The position numbers and the translations under genes are program-made. Of a stretch of 64,000 bases of DNA, positions 39,192-53,146 are shown piece after piece (position 1 is the stretch's first letter; each line of letters begins with the position of its first letter). The stretch is from Syncephalis fuscata S228 (taxonomy: Eukaryota; Fungi; Zoopagomycota), in NCBI GenBank assembly GCA_025786725.1, contig JAHLTZ010000012.1, positions 372,001-436,000 on the forward strand, in the 5' to 3' direction. The notes under the pieces are model-generated. The model was not told where the DNA came from, made no database searches, and saw only the letters and a program-made list of their open reading frames with translations.

Positions 39192-41804
39192 GTCAACTCG
39201 TTGGCTTTCTTTGCTCGCGTTATAACAAGAGATGATCATTGTGGCGGCGTGCGTTCATCAGTCCATCCGTCTAATGAGTAGTCCAACGCGCGGTGTATTC
39301 ATCTTTATTATATAACGACAATGGCTTTGGAACTTTATTGAAATGAACTGCCATTAAACGGAACAATTATTGATTATATCTATTTAAAGTGTTATCATTT
39401 TTATATTATGTCATTGTTTATGAATGGCTTATGCTTTTACTAATTATTGCCATTTATATGATTATATATTTGATTATTGGTTGTTTATATTATACTTAAT
39501 TGCGTATTCGTACACTTGTATTATAATGTATTTAGTCTGTTATATACTTGTTTATCGTTTAGTTAATCGTATCGTTGTACTATTTTATATATATTAAATA
39601 ATGTTTATATTTATACTTATATTACTCGTTAGTTATGTATTTGCTCATATCGTATATAAGTTTTGTATAAACTTCTTACAATGTGCACTAAATATTTAGT
39701 AATATAATTGGCAGTATAGTTGGTCAATCAACATAGCTAGTTATACAGTTGTATAATTTGTATATTTACGAATGTACGCTATATAATGTCTACCATTAAA
39801 TAAATGTATTTATTTATACTTTTACTTAACGCTGTATATTTATTTTGCTTTATACAGTTTTATCATATAATATTACAATTAATATCCTGTATAAATATAC
39901 AATGTGAAAATGTAATAACTTAATGAGCGCTATGTATTGAAAATTACGATAATTAGAATAAATTTATTATAAATAAAGTGCTATTGCTAAATGAATAATG
40001 CTGTTACAATATGTTTATATATAATTTCTGTAAGATAAATTTTTAATTTTGGCGGGTTTAAATACACCAATATCGACAGTTTCCATTTACAAGTTTGCAA
40101 GTGTACAGTCTAAGCAAAAGGTGCTGTTGACTTTATGGTAAGCACTTATGTTAATTTTAAATTATTATTATATTTATTAGCTTGTATTTAATTTTTTAGA
40201 AAAGCGTCCTGTTTGTTTTGAATTCCGATTAAATGTTTAGTTTAGGTGATATACACATACTAATTAAAATTATTACAATTGCTAACTGTTTTATTTAATA
40301 GAACTGGAGTAAACACGCGTCAAGAGCAGCATACATAATATTAGCCCGCCAAAGATGTTGTAACAATATTTTTCATAATAAAATTAAATTAAAAATTATT
40401 TTGTAATGCATGATTTATTATTATTAATGTGTGTAAAAATGGCTGGTAAGTTATTCAATACAATTAATTAACCTTCTAGCTATTTTTTATATTAATCTTT
40501 TATTTTATTATATTTATTATATTGCTATAATTATACATATATCGCAGTATGTCTTGTGATAAAATTTGCCAAAAACGCCAAATAAATCGCTGTTTTGTTA
40601 ATTGGGGAAGCAAACGGTATGGTGAACGATTTTTTTACGAGATCATTCATAGTGATTTGAATAATTATCGAGTTGATTAAATTGATTTATGTCGAATCAC
40701 TATTTGTCTTTGCCCCTAATTTTATTACACTTTTCCCTCACATTGAAAGCTACGAGTTGCAGCCTTGATAATAATTAACGTAATAAATAATTATATTTTT
40801 AAGTGTTACTATTTTTACATTGTTTCTTCTTTGGTGTATAAGCTAGCTCATGTTTTCCCCAAATCTTTATTTAATACTTAGACACGCCTCAATATGTATA
40901 CACGTGAAAGCTACTAATCAAGGTGTGCCTATGGTTTGCTTCATCTTCTAGGCCATAAACCGGCTTTAGCTATTGCCATAATGAAAGACAAAAGGTGTAA
41001 CGGCAGTAGATGATGCCATATCAAGGCCAAATGGGACTATTGTCACAATAAGTCCTTATGGACTCAATACGTTCTGCCGGTAAACGGCGTTTTTATAAAC
41101 AGCTTTGCAACTTTTTATATTTTCGGGGCAATGTAGTCGCCAGCTGAATGCAAGACGGATGGACGAAAAAACAATGTAGGAAAGATCGTTTTGAAAGCAG
41201 TTAATAGCAACTTGTATAGCATGAGTTTGTCTTACAATCATCGGTCCTTGTCGCCCGTGCTCCTATTCTCGTTCTTCCCGTCTATCTATCTATCTTGCCT
41301 TATTGTATCAAACATTTGATACAACGTTACCGCTGCCTCTTCTTTTGTCTTTACGATTTTTATAGCTGTTTTTGCTCATTTGCTACTCAGTAACGCTTTG
41401 TTTTGCTATATTTACGCTTAATACTTCAAACCATTATCTAATTTAATATAACTGCACGGTACATTTCGCATAACGCTCGTCGACTACTTCGTTCAGTTTC
41501 ATATATTTCCTACCGCTTGAAGGTCTTCATTTATATATCTGCGTCCCCTTTCTCTTCCACATCGAACACGATTATCAATATCAATCCATACCTCTGTTAC
41601 CACTTAGTAGTGAGCATCGCAAATTAACCATTGATTAGATAGTTTATGATAAGAAAAGCACTGATTTAAATTGCGTATCAATTCAAGCTCATTTAGCAGT
41701 CCAATAGAGCAACTCAAATCCATCTTGTTGTTTTATTTTGGTAACTATTCTCGCTTTTGTCCATAGATTCTGTCGACGCGAGCAGGTCTTCGTCACCAGC
41801 CATC

Positions 41805-43115
41805 ATGTCGTTCTTCCATGCTACTATTGCATTGCACTTTATCTCCCTCGTCTTATGTATACCATTTGGTTATGTGCAATATCGTTTACGCAATATGATT
41901 TTGCTTGCCTTATTGGTGCCGGTCGCTGTACTGCATACATTACTGTTGACCGGTTTCTTTACGTGGGGGACTCATGTTAGCGGCATTAGTCCCTGGAAAT
42001 GCGCTTTTCGTAAGGGCGTCTACGTCTATTCGGCCCAAGGAGCCGAAATTCTTTCATCGATGGTTGTAATCCGTTTATGGATGACAACATTTGGCTATTT
42101 GCCCTCGACTGGAAAGCAAGTCGAAAGATTTGAGCGAACTGCAGTAATTGTTTGCCTAGTGCTGGCCATGCTTCCCGCATCAATTGCTAGTATACCGCAA
42201 ATTATTTCGCAAGACTATGTATCGGATCTGCCACGTTTAAACAAATGCTCTAGCGGCTATATTAAATCCTGGCAAGTATTTACAAGTGGTGCAGCATTTT
42301 CAGCGCCAACAGCGCTTGCTGCGCTACTTGCATTGGGCGCCATTAGCTGGCGTCTATGCTTTCTTATTTATCATCGAAAAACATTAGTAAGTGCGACTCA
42401 ATCGCGTGAGGCCATGAGAAATGCAATGTTTACGTTACTGCGTGTCATTGCATGCTTCCTCTGTGTTGGCGCGGTGCACATCTACTACATATTGGCCGAT
42501 TTTCTTGTTATTTACCAAACAAGCGGTACTTCTCTTGGTAAAAGTACTAACGACAACCATGGCAATCAATTTGGCCATTTTATGCTGAGCATATGGGGCA
42601 TTATGTTATTTCTTATCTTCAACACCAGTCGACAAAGTTTATGGGTATTACGAACAAGCTGGAAAGTCAGCATCTATAGCGCTAGGAACTCAAAGTATCA
42701 AGATGACCTGGATGACGACCACGTTTACGCTGGCACGCCGCCAACCTCAAATGAATACGCCACCGAATCGACTTCTCACTCGCCGATCACGTTTCCTCTT
42801 AGCTATTCAAATACCAAAACAAGCGTTTCTAGCGAAATTTCAACACCTCCTTTAATGTCAAAACCAGCTTATGCCACGTCGACTGCAGCACCAGTTCAAC
42901 CAACACTACTGCCAACACCTGGTGTGCCAACAGTAGCTCGTTGTAAACGCGATCGATGCATGAACCAGCGCGGCCATTCCATTGACTGGACAGTTGCCGA
43001 ATCAAACGCTGCATTGCGAAGACCGTGTGCTGGCGAAATGATAAGGACAGTGGGGCCTTCTGTGTTTCCGCGTCGTCCATCTGATACTGATCATTATAGT
43101 GTGGTCAATCGTTAA
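41805..43115 (+). CDS. Seven-transmembrane GPCR-like protein with Ser/Thr/Pro-rich C-terminal tail
   Basis: About seven hydrophobic segments, Cys at the start of TM3 (KCAF) and in the second extracellular loop (NKC), a basic third intracellular loop, and GIMLFLIF in TM7. First ATG is 41805. Confidence 0.65.
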   Translation: MSFFHATIALHFISLVLCIPFGYVQYRLRNMILLALLVPVAVLHTLLLTGFFTWGTHVSGISPWKCAFRKGVYVYSAQGAEILSSMVVIRLWMTTFGYLPSTGKQVERFERTAVIVCLVLAMLPASIASIPQIISQDYVSDLPRLNKCSSGYIKSWQVFTSGAAFSAPTALAALLALGAISWRLCFLIYHRKTLVSATQSREAMRNAMFTLLRVIACFLCVGAVHIYYILADFLVIYQTSGTSLGKSTNDNHGNQFGHFMLSIWGIMLFLIFNTSRQSLWVLRTSWKVSIYSARNSKYQDDLDDDHVYAGTPPTSNEYATESTSHSPITFPLSYSNTKTSVSSEISTPPLMSKPAYATSTAAPVQPTLLPTPGVPTVARCKRDRCMNQRGHSIDWTVAESNAALRRPCAGEMIRTVGPSVFPRRPSDTDHYSVVNR

Positions 43116-44329
43116 AGCTATTTTAAGAATTAAATATAACAATATGTATTTAATAATTAACCATAAAGACTGAATAAATGACCTATTATAACGAGCTATC
43201 TAAAATGAATGTAAAATTGAAAAGCAGAATGGCTTATTGTTCTTGGCAATATAGATCCGCCAAGTAGTTAATTTATTGTTATTGTGACTGATATTTTATG
43301 ATCTACTATTTACAAGCTGAGCAAACCATGGTGTAAATATAAAATGCAACAATGACATCAATTATCAAATACTCATCATAGATTTATTATCCAGTATGCA
43401 TATGTCCAGTACACATATATACTCTATTCACCTGTATAGTTAACAATGTATGTCTATACTAATATACAGCACTATATGATTACTAGAAACATTCTATTGT
43501 TTATATGTTCCATCAAACTTCACTCATTCCATTCATTGCGTTATATGCACTATAACTTCAACAGCGTGTTATATGCTTTCTTACCGTACATTCATCATTT
43601 TATATATCGTTCTATACTTGCATAGTCTTCCTTTATCCAAAACCGCTTTTATTTTTGTTCTAGTTTTATTATTTGCAAATCTCAACTAATGTCGGTCATT
43701 GATCATGCATATATGCTTAATAGCTTTAACTTTGCTAATCTCGTTCAATATTGCGTATTCATTATAATGTTATCATTTATTATATATTGTTATACGCTGT
43801 CTATAACCGTTGTCGGTATGGTTACAGCTCTTTTATTAATAAAAATTGACATATCGCACTTTGTTTGTTCACTGAATTGTATTGATAGAACAAATAATAT
43901 GAATATGAACGGAGTTATGTTTTATTAAGATTATTTATAATAAACTAGATCATGTCGATTGGTTATGATTTTAATGTTAATCAAGCAAAGTGACGGGTAT
44001 AAATAAATTGAATGCTATCAAGTGTTAGTCATTTGAACATCGAATCATGTTATGGTTTATAGCTTATTTAATATTAATAAAATGAATTTCACATAAATAA
44101 ATAAATATGTAGTATTTGGTGTAATCATTTCAAAATAATTTATAATCATTATAGTGTTATAATGGCGGGATGGATAAACAATAAGTAGTATTGCGATGAT
44201 AAGAAAAGAATAGGAAATTAGTAAGACACGATCGGAAGATAGCATGGAATTGGGAAGAATCTATAAAAACACATACAAATAACAACAAGATATAAACGAG
44301 TGTGAGAAAGGGAAGCAATGTCAAGTGTA

Positions 44330-46339
44330 TCATGTACAGTAGGCTTGTTGTTCCAACAAAGAAGGGTGGTTAGGATTAGAATCGTGCCAGGCTAGTAGAT
44401 CGGTAGATTGATCATTCCAGCTAAGCCTGCTTGCTTGATTATATTCTTCTTGTTCTTCTCCTTGTTGTTGTTGTTGCTGCTGCTGCTGCGTATTAACATA
44501 AAGACTATGTTCATAGCTTGCGTTGATATTGTCCCGTTCAAATGAATCCATAGCATCATCGGCAAGATAAGAGTCGTCCAAAGCACCTCGTTCTAATAGA
44601 TTAGATACTAGACCGAGCACATTTTCTGGACATATGCGTATACCTAAATAAATTAATAGCCGGCATTAGGTGTGCATATTGTTTAATTATAGTGTCAAGC
44701 TTACCAAATGATGTATTAAACGCTTGTTGATCAAGTAGACCATCTTCAAATGACTCAATCATCGATAGTTCGTCGCCAATTGAGCTTTCCGATTCATTGT
44801 CCGGCCACGGGCCATGTCGATACTCGTCGTTGACAGTGGCATCGGTCGTTGTAAAGTCACTTTCGGCTATTTCAGGTGCAATAGCACATGATCGACGAGA
44901 TGTGCCAGGTGGATCGGTGGTAGGAATTGTAAAGCTGGCCAGCGAGACAGGTGGCTCTTTAGGAATAGCAGCGACCCATTCTTGAATGCTATTACTGGCA
45001 CGATCTCGGAAGTCCGGCCAGCTACTGGCATCCTCTTCCATATCTTCATCACCGTTGCTGCTATGTCGATTATTACCATCGTCTTCATCGTCTTCGCTTC
45101 GCACTCATCCAATACGCTATTCTTTTCATGTAATCGAGCCATTTCCGAAGGTAATAGGAAATCGGATAGCGTAAACGTTGGGCGGGGTCGAGTTGGTGCA
45201 ATAGGCGATGGCAATGGCGAGTGAATGTCACAGCTACCAGGTAACTGCAGTGGTGGCGGTGATGCTGGCTGCCAAGGCCAGCTTAGACGAGACCAGCGAT
45301 GATTGGAGACAGGCTTGCAGGTGCATGCGGCAGATGCTATTGGGCCAGGTTGTGCAGTTAAAGAAGTATTCGACAAATTAGATATTTCGACCATAGTGTT
45401 GGCACGAATATGACGCGTTGACTGGTATTCGGTCTCGCCGGGAGAACGATAAAAGCCAGGATCAATTGTAAATGCTTCGCTAGATTCGGCCTTAAGCTGT
45501 CGACGTTTGGAAAAACGACGAAATACTGATGAAGACCACGTTGTTTTAGTTTCATTGACAGAGCTGTTTGGTAAATGGCGCAATGGTCTGGCAGTAACAT
45601 GGTTACTTAGTGTCAGTTAAATTTACTACAGTAATTCAATAACCTACCGAGATAATGTTAATTCATCAGTACTAGAAGGTAAGCCCAATTCTGATGATAA
45701 ATTTCTAGCGTGTTGCCGCTGGCTATGTGGATGTTTTGTCTTTTTCCGATGCCTTCTTTTTATTCTGTTATTATCGCTATTTTCGGTCGTGGTCGGCTTT
45801 GAAGTAGATTCACTTCGCGCACCAAATAGCTTTGTCGTTAGCATTGTAAAAGCCGCGTTCCATAGCCGGATGCCTCGCTTGTAGCATTATTATCGGTCTT
45901 TTTTGGAACATTTGCCGCATTATTAATAGACTGCTGCGGACCTGATACCGCCATTTGTACCTCATCGTTCAAATGCCTATCTGACGCTATAATTGAGTAT
46001 TAGCGACAATAATCAGTATACTGTGTCATTAAATCAATCAGTCATTAACATACGTTGATTTGCAGTCGGGCAGGCTACCCATGCAATGGCCGATGGTGGC
46101 TGAACAAATGTATTATACGAATTAAACGACAGTCGAGTATTTTGTTTAATCTGATGCTGATGAAGCCAATCACGAAGCTGTGTGGGTCGGGGATTTAAAT
46201 CATGAGATTCTGTGGCTGTTTGACACAAGCCCAGCTCAATAAGCCGAATTAATACCGCTGGCAACTGAGTCCGCGGCCATTGTGCTAAAGCACGACGTGC
46301 TGACAGCGGCAGCTCGTCCAAATCCAAAGCAACATGCAT
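44330..46339 (-). CDS. Hypothetical low-complexity multi-exon protein; apparent frameshift near 45105
   Basis: Consecutive same-strand ORFs (46339-46034, 45844-45644, 45583-, 45104-, 44620-44330) separated by short intron-like gaps; no recognised domain. Confidence 0.55.
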
Positions 46340-48147
46340 TGCCAGCCACCCTTTGTATTATAGTGTGCAAATAATGAGCAAATCAAAGATAGCACGTTAA
46401 TAATCCAGATATCACTACCGATAGGTGTAACAAAGAGTACTAATAGGCATTAAAGATGATAGTGCAGATATAACAACGATAGTAAAAATGTTGTAGCCAG
46501 TATATCTCTTATTAAACTCGTTCGTTTGTGAATTAAGTACTGCTTAGTTGTATGAAAAAGAACCGCAAAACGAAGCGCAAACAAATACGAATAGAACGTG
46601 ACAACAGGTCGTGAGAGAGAAAGAAAGAAAAGTATCAAGTAGTGTTGTTGGTAGTTGGTAGGTGTGTTCATATGCGTATCTGCATATGTATGTGAGTATG
46701 TCTGTGCGTGTGTGGGTGTGTAGGTATAGCTACTATAAAGAAGTAATAAAACGGAAAGAAAGTAGTTGTAATAAGAAAATCAATGGAATAAAGAGACATA
46801 TCAATATTTGGTCGTATTTCACTTCGTATCACCTGTTTGGGCAATAATATCATTTAGATCCATTATTGAAGGGTCAGCTGCGCATGGCCACGAGATAACG
46901 GTGGTAATAGTGGCAGTGGCAGTGGCAGTGGCAACGACGACGACAACGGTGCCGAGTTAGCCAGTTACTGTCCTCTATTTTTGTCGCCTCGTTATTTCCT
47001 TCCTTATACTGGTTTATTTATTGCCATCTCTGTGGGCGGGTGGGTGTGCGTACATGTGTGCGTGTCTATCTTTGTACTAATAAGACAATGATCTAAATTT
47101 GGCTAATCTGTTGGTTTAGGCAATACTATATTCTACTCAATGTACCCCGTAGCCAGTAAACTAACAAGCTTTGTTCGCAATGCTCAAGCCACTTTACTCG
47201 CTTATCCAGCACAATATGCTAAGACTGTTACTCGAACATCGTTGGTCGTACTAGTACTATATCTAGAACGCAATAGGCATGCTAAAAGACATCCAGCTCA
47301 AGTTGGACGACCAAACTCTTGCCAGACAGCATGCACCACGGTCCACGTGGTCTACTTGGCTTGCTTTTCTCTCATGTGTCAATATAGACACTAAATATGC
47401 CTGTATATTTGTATATACAATATACATATAATATCCATATAAAATAGACACTACTCGTATACTAACTAACCAACCAACGGCTGGCTTCACTATTCAATAA
47501 ATATTTATATTTAGACAAACAGACAATCTATAATAATGAAGTTATAAGGTTCGTTGTTGTCACTGTTGCTATTTTTATCGTTGCTATATGGTCTTTATCT
47601 TCTTTCAAAAATTAAACAACGCCATCAAGGCATTGCTCCGATCGGTCCATTATGGTCAATGGTCAATAGTTAGCGCTATTCAGCGGGTACAAGTTCACCT
47701 GGATAAACAACGACATGGCAGGATTTACTTACGGCCATTATGCACCCTGTTCTCCATGCGGGCACGTATACTCTGCTTGCTTGGTAGCAACACATTAAAG
47801 CTTCCTTTCTCTTCTTTACATTTAACATCTACTATTATAGTTACCGTATCCATTTGCTTCTGTCGAAGCTATACTTGTCATTGCTCATCTGCCGCGTCTT
47901 GCATCACTCTCAAACGTACACGCACTACGCTCTAGCATAAACACTCGCGTCTACTTACACTTTCTCATTACGTTGTGCCTATTTCGCGGGCAGAACTGTT
48001 CTCCATTGGTTTCCATTCGCTTCCTACATATTTACTTCATCTGACGCGGTCATTTAAATAACAACTCTTTTCTGCAACTGTTTGACACGCATAAAATACA
48101 CCACTATTCCCTGCACCTTTCACTTAGTTACTCTCTAGTCAGCTGCC

Positions 48148-49557
48148 ATGTCTTTTCCAATCGGTGCCCCGCCTTCCGTACGTCGAACTGGTGGTGTTGC
48201 TCGTCCCGGCCGCTCCCGGCCTCGGCCCAACATCCAGTTGAACGTGCCGTCAATCATTTCGCGTAGCAGCAGTCCCGGCGACCAGGACTCGGTTCCGACC
48301 GATAATAGCGAAATCTCGATTGATGACGCCTTCAATAGGTGCTATGCACGCAATGCCGAGACATTGCTGGCCTTGCCTACTGGCGAAATGGTCTCGCCAC
48401 CCGTAGCGGCTGTCGGCGACCTTCGCCAGGAAGATGTACAATCGGTACGCAAGCTAGGCGAAGGCGCAGGCGGTACTGTCATGCTATGTCGACACGTACC
48501 CAGTAATACGATTATGGCTAAAAAGGTAGGAACAGCCAACGGCTTTAATATTGGCAATTAGCATTGTTGGCCAATATAGCATATGGTGTCTAATGAACGC
48601 GATCTAACAACGTATACTCTATTGATTCAATTATCGATTTATAGTCGGTGCCAGCAGATCCAAATCCAACTGTTCAGCGCCAAATCATTCGTGAGTTGCG
48701 TGCGCTTCGTCGGTGCAATTCACCATATATCGTCTCTTTCTACGGCGCATACATCGAAGATGATGACATTGCCATCTGTATGGAGTACTGCGAAGGTGGC
48801 AGCTTAGATGCCATTTATAAGCGCATCAAAACACTTGATGCACGTATTGGCGAGGGTGTACTCGGAAAGGTATCTGAGGCTGTGCTTAACGGCCTTGTTT
48901 ATTTACATCAGCTCGAGATTATTCATCGAGACGTAAAGCCAAGCAACATTTTGATCAATGGACTTGGCTTGATTAAATTGTGTGACTTCGGCGTTAGTGG
49001 TGAATTGGTTGATTCGGTGGCGCGTACATTCCTTGGCACTAGTTACTATATGGCGGTAAGTAGACGATTTATTTTATTAAACTGTAATAGCGTCAAATTA
49101 ATCACTAACTATGCATGATGTATTTATATGTATTGCTATTTGACTTTGATAATAAAGCCTGAGCGTATCCAGGGTGGTGGCAAAGGCTATAAAGTTAGTA
49201 GCGATGTTTGGTCACTTGGCCTAACTATTATGGAAGTGGCAGAAGGCCGATTCCCCTTCCCGCCCCAAGGCCATCGACCGCTGGCAATGTTTGAACTATT
49301 AGATTATGTAGTCACTATGCCAGTGCCTGAACTGGGTGCTGACTGGAGTGATGAGTTACGCGACTTTGTCCGTTGCTGGTATGTTTATTATTGCTAAATT
49401 GATATTATTCAGACTTATTCATGTTATTACATTTAGCTTGAGAAAAGATCCAAATCAGCGTCCTACGCCTAAACAAATGCTTACACATCGATTTGTCGTA
49501 CAATCCAGTCAGCAGGAAGTGGATTTGAAAACCTGGATTAATGAAGTATGGGCCTAA
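48148..49557 (+). CDS. MKK1: MAP kinase kinase, Mkk1/Pek1 (cell-wall integrity) type; introns 48526-48644, 49056-49157, 49379-49436
   Basis: [62 protein letters not shown] and SDVWSLG. Confidence 0.88.
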
Positions 49558-50065
49558 ATTGGCATAGAAACATTATTCCACGTTTGTTATCGATGGCACC
49601 CAATTGATTCTACCAACTATCTTATCAATTTATGTACTGTCGATGTCTGAACCAGCTATATATTTGTGGTTTTTATTATTTGACTATTGCTCACTGCACC
49701 TATGATTATTATTGCCAAACAAGCGACAATTATCGTTTTAATAAGAATACTTGTTCGTTATTAGTCGTTGTTTACGCTCTGTAAGCAATACTATTTGTGT
49801 TTAATGTTTGTCGATGATTTTAGTGAAACAGATTTACGACTAAATTAACACGTTATTATTATTATCATTATTGTTTCGTGTCCTTGTATTATGTTGAATT
49901 ACAATTTAATTAATTAATGACGTGATCATACAGATGGTTTATTTTGCACTATGTTTAATAATAATAGCAACGAAATCAGACTTATATGATCGTTAATGCT
50001 ACTGATACTCACATGTTATTTTGTTTAATGCCGACCGCTTAGCTTTTGATCGGTAATGGTATTAC

Positions 50066-50449
50066 GATTCGATTGTCATTGTAGGTTATCCGATACTCAC
50101 TCGAATGTTACTATTTTTGGCAAGTGCCAATGGATCGGAGGTAGAAAAATAGCCGACTACATGCCGAAGCAACTACAAATTAGATTAGCCAAATAAAATG
50201 ACAAATTATAGACCTGTGATAGCAAAATAGCAATAAACTGCTATTCATTTAAAGGACTGATTATATAGTGATTGCTTGTTAATTATACTATTTGAATTTT
50301 GTAAACGTCTCACCATGGAACCTGCAGTATCTATTCATTCACAAAATATACATATCGAAGAAGCATCAACCAAGCAGAAGGATGTCGAACCAATAATTGC
50401 CAATAATGAAGTCAAGACTTCGGCATTAGTGCTGCAATATTTGTTAAAT
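50066..50449 (+). repeat. 384-bp direct duplicate of 56549-56932 (promoter and first ~45 codons of the DUF3533-like gene)
   Basis: Matches from GATTCGATTGTCATTG to CAATATTTGTTAAAT; the reading frame stops almost immediately after the junction. Confidence 0.95.
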
Positions 50450-50459
50450 TAACGATTAG

Positions 50460-51254
50460 CATTTACTTTACACTCTCTAGTTTGAGTTTTCAAAGCAAAT
50501 TTATTTTAATCCGAGTCATGTCGTTGTTATGCACAACATAGTTATATTATTTCCTATTAAAGTATTGTTAATAGATTGATTTAAATAAACAATGTAACAT
50601 ACTATCCGACTACTTTGAAACATTTAAGCTTAATCATTGTTGTTGTGGCCATGTGTAGAAAGATTAGTAGAATATTAATAGAAGCCATATAATTGCAATT
50701 TCATGTTATCCCTTAGTTGTTATTGTTACTATGTACAGTGTAGTTTTTTTTGCGTCTGAATGGCCTCTTTTATTTTCTAATATCCTAATATTGCATTTTG
50801 GGCATATTTGCAATGTAAGACACTCGTTTATGGTGCTAAAAAGGTAGAACGACTAGCATTTCTAGTGTTCACCATTGTCTTGAGCATTCTTTGTATCAAC
50901 TTGGTAGGTGCAGTTTATTTTCCAACCATTAATAAAGCAAATGGCCTCCACCATATACAATAATGCTGGGTTGAGTGTTTTCACCAGGAAGATCTTGTGG
51001 CGACAGTTGTAACCAGAGAATACGGCATACCATTGAGGCTACTTGAACAGGTGTTGATGTAAAATAAGAGAAATAAAAACTAGGAATTGAATAGTGTTTT
51101 TATTGATGTTCTTTATTAATGTTTGAATACACATGTTGTTTATATTGTTATATTTGGCATTATTGTTTAATATATTATTGAGTAAAACAATAAGATAGCG
51201 ATAGGAAACGGGAGTGAAAGGAGTAAACAAAAAATGTGAGAGTCAAAGTAAAAT
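50460..51254. mobile_element. Short-TIR element at the outer end of cassette B (inverted counterpart of 19066-19780)
   Basis: Left end CATTTACTTTACACTCTC and right end GAGAGTCAAAGTAAAATG. Positions 50460-50690 are the reverse complement of the family end at ~37925-38133 and ~61340-61560. Confidence 0.65.
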
Positions 51255-52317
51255 GATTTGATCATGTAAATATTACGCGCTCAATCCAATGTTTTATTTT
51301 ATTTTAATATATAGCTATACAACTTTTATTAATGATCAATAAACAAAAACAATTTGTCTTTATATTATTGTAATAATGTATAATATTAGCTGCTTTAATA
51401 AGTAATTAAATTAAAACTTATAATAGTTGACTTAGATGGTGGTCATGTACATGCAAGTATATAAAAGTTAGATTGTGATTGTAAATATTATCTGTACAAA
51501 CAGTCAGAATTATAAAGTATAGTGACAATAATAAATAATTTAATTACTAACTTGTTAATTCAATTTTATCTACAACTCTCTGTTTTCTGTGCGTTAGCTT
51601 AGTTTAACGCTGCTGTTCTAACTGCATCAGCAACAACCAACTTTTGATAAACGCAGTTCAGCATAGCATAGCTGTAATGATTTGCTATAGGTTAAACCAG
51701 TAAACCTTTGAGCTGCCAATTGTTTTTCCATTGGTTTCTGCTTTGATTTGCTCTTCTATATTTCATCTTGCTTGACTTGTCACGATTGGTTTCAGAAATG
51801 TAAGCAGTACTTAGGCCTTGGACGATTACCGGTTTATGTACAATCCATTGACATTATGCACTCGAAACTGCTGGTATTTGGGCAGAACTTTCTATTGTGT
51901 CTAGTCTAGTGTCTGCATGTTACATTATGTAGAATTTAGACAATGCGATTAGTTCACAGCTGAAAATTGATAAAAATGGCTTGTTGGAATGTTCCATTGC
52001 TTAAAATGCCGCGATGCATCATGCTACAAACGGTACTTATTGTACAGACGACTTTAGATAATTGGATTAGCCGCTATTTGAATGATAGTGGTTGCACTAC
52101 ATGTAGCATGATATGTCTGGATGTAATGCATTTGTGAATTCAAAGCAATGATTACCCCATAATAATGGGCATAGTGTCAAATGAAATGCACTCATGTACC
52201 AATCAACACACTTTATAATTTAAAAATCATGGCTGACCTATGTGTAGCAGTAAAAGCTTGTATAAAAATACCGGTTTGCTACATTAAACTCGTTTTTGTA
52301 TCAGTGTCATTTGCTAT

Positions 52318-52780
52318 TCTGTATGCAACAGATATTGAGGACCGAATCGGTAGAAATGGTAGCAAAAGCACCACTATTGTTTTACAAAGCCAAACAATAT
52401 ACTTATTTTTACTAAATAGTTAAACCATGTAACAAAAAAATGCAGGCTAGTATGTCTATTTTTATTTCATATGTACTGGATTATTAACACTATTGTGTCA
52501 TTCATGTAAATTACTAGCAAGTTGAAGTAATGACCGGACAGGTTATGCACTATTTTGTATGCATGCAGATATTGAGGACCGAATCGGTAGAAATGGCAGC
52601 AAAAGCACCACTATCGTTTTTACAAAGTCAAACAATATACTTATTTTTACCGAATAGTGAAACCATGTAACAAAAAATACAGACTAATAGGCTTATCTCT
52701 ATCGCACATGTGCTGGATTATGAACACTATTACAGTACTCGTACAAATGACTAGCAGATTGGAGTAAAGACCGGATAGGT
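52318..52780 (+). repeat. Local tandem duplication (~240-bp unit) in the promoter arm of gene B
   Basis: CAGATATTGAGGACCGAATCGGTAGAAATGG.AGCAAAAGCACCACTAT occurs at ~52329 and ~52566. Confidence 0.85.
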
Positions 52781-53146
52781 TAAATTAAGACTAGGCAGAC
52801 TGAAGTAAAGGCTGGGAGCATTCTATCACACCATGAATCTATTGGTACATGCGCATTTCAAACCATTATTTGAATTACTTTATTGGTTCATACTACGCAG
52901 CAATGGTATATCTCGTGTGCTACAATATACTGACATCTCACCATAGCCGTAAGTTTAAATAGTCTACAAATATACACAACCAGCTGCGATATTATTATCA
53001 CACTTTACTTTCTGCTAAACACACACTACTATTCACTTTATATCAATCACACTCTACTTTTTGCTATACACGCACTACTCTCCACTCTATACCAACCACA
53101 CTCTACTATCTCTTTTATTTGTTTGTCTTAACAAATCAATATCACC

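Noticed and set aside
47140-47935. Short ORFs upstream of the MAPKK gene
   Set aside because: No motifs or consistent exon structure; probably promoter or UTR sequence.
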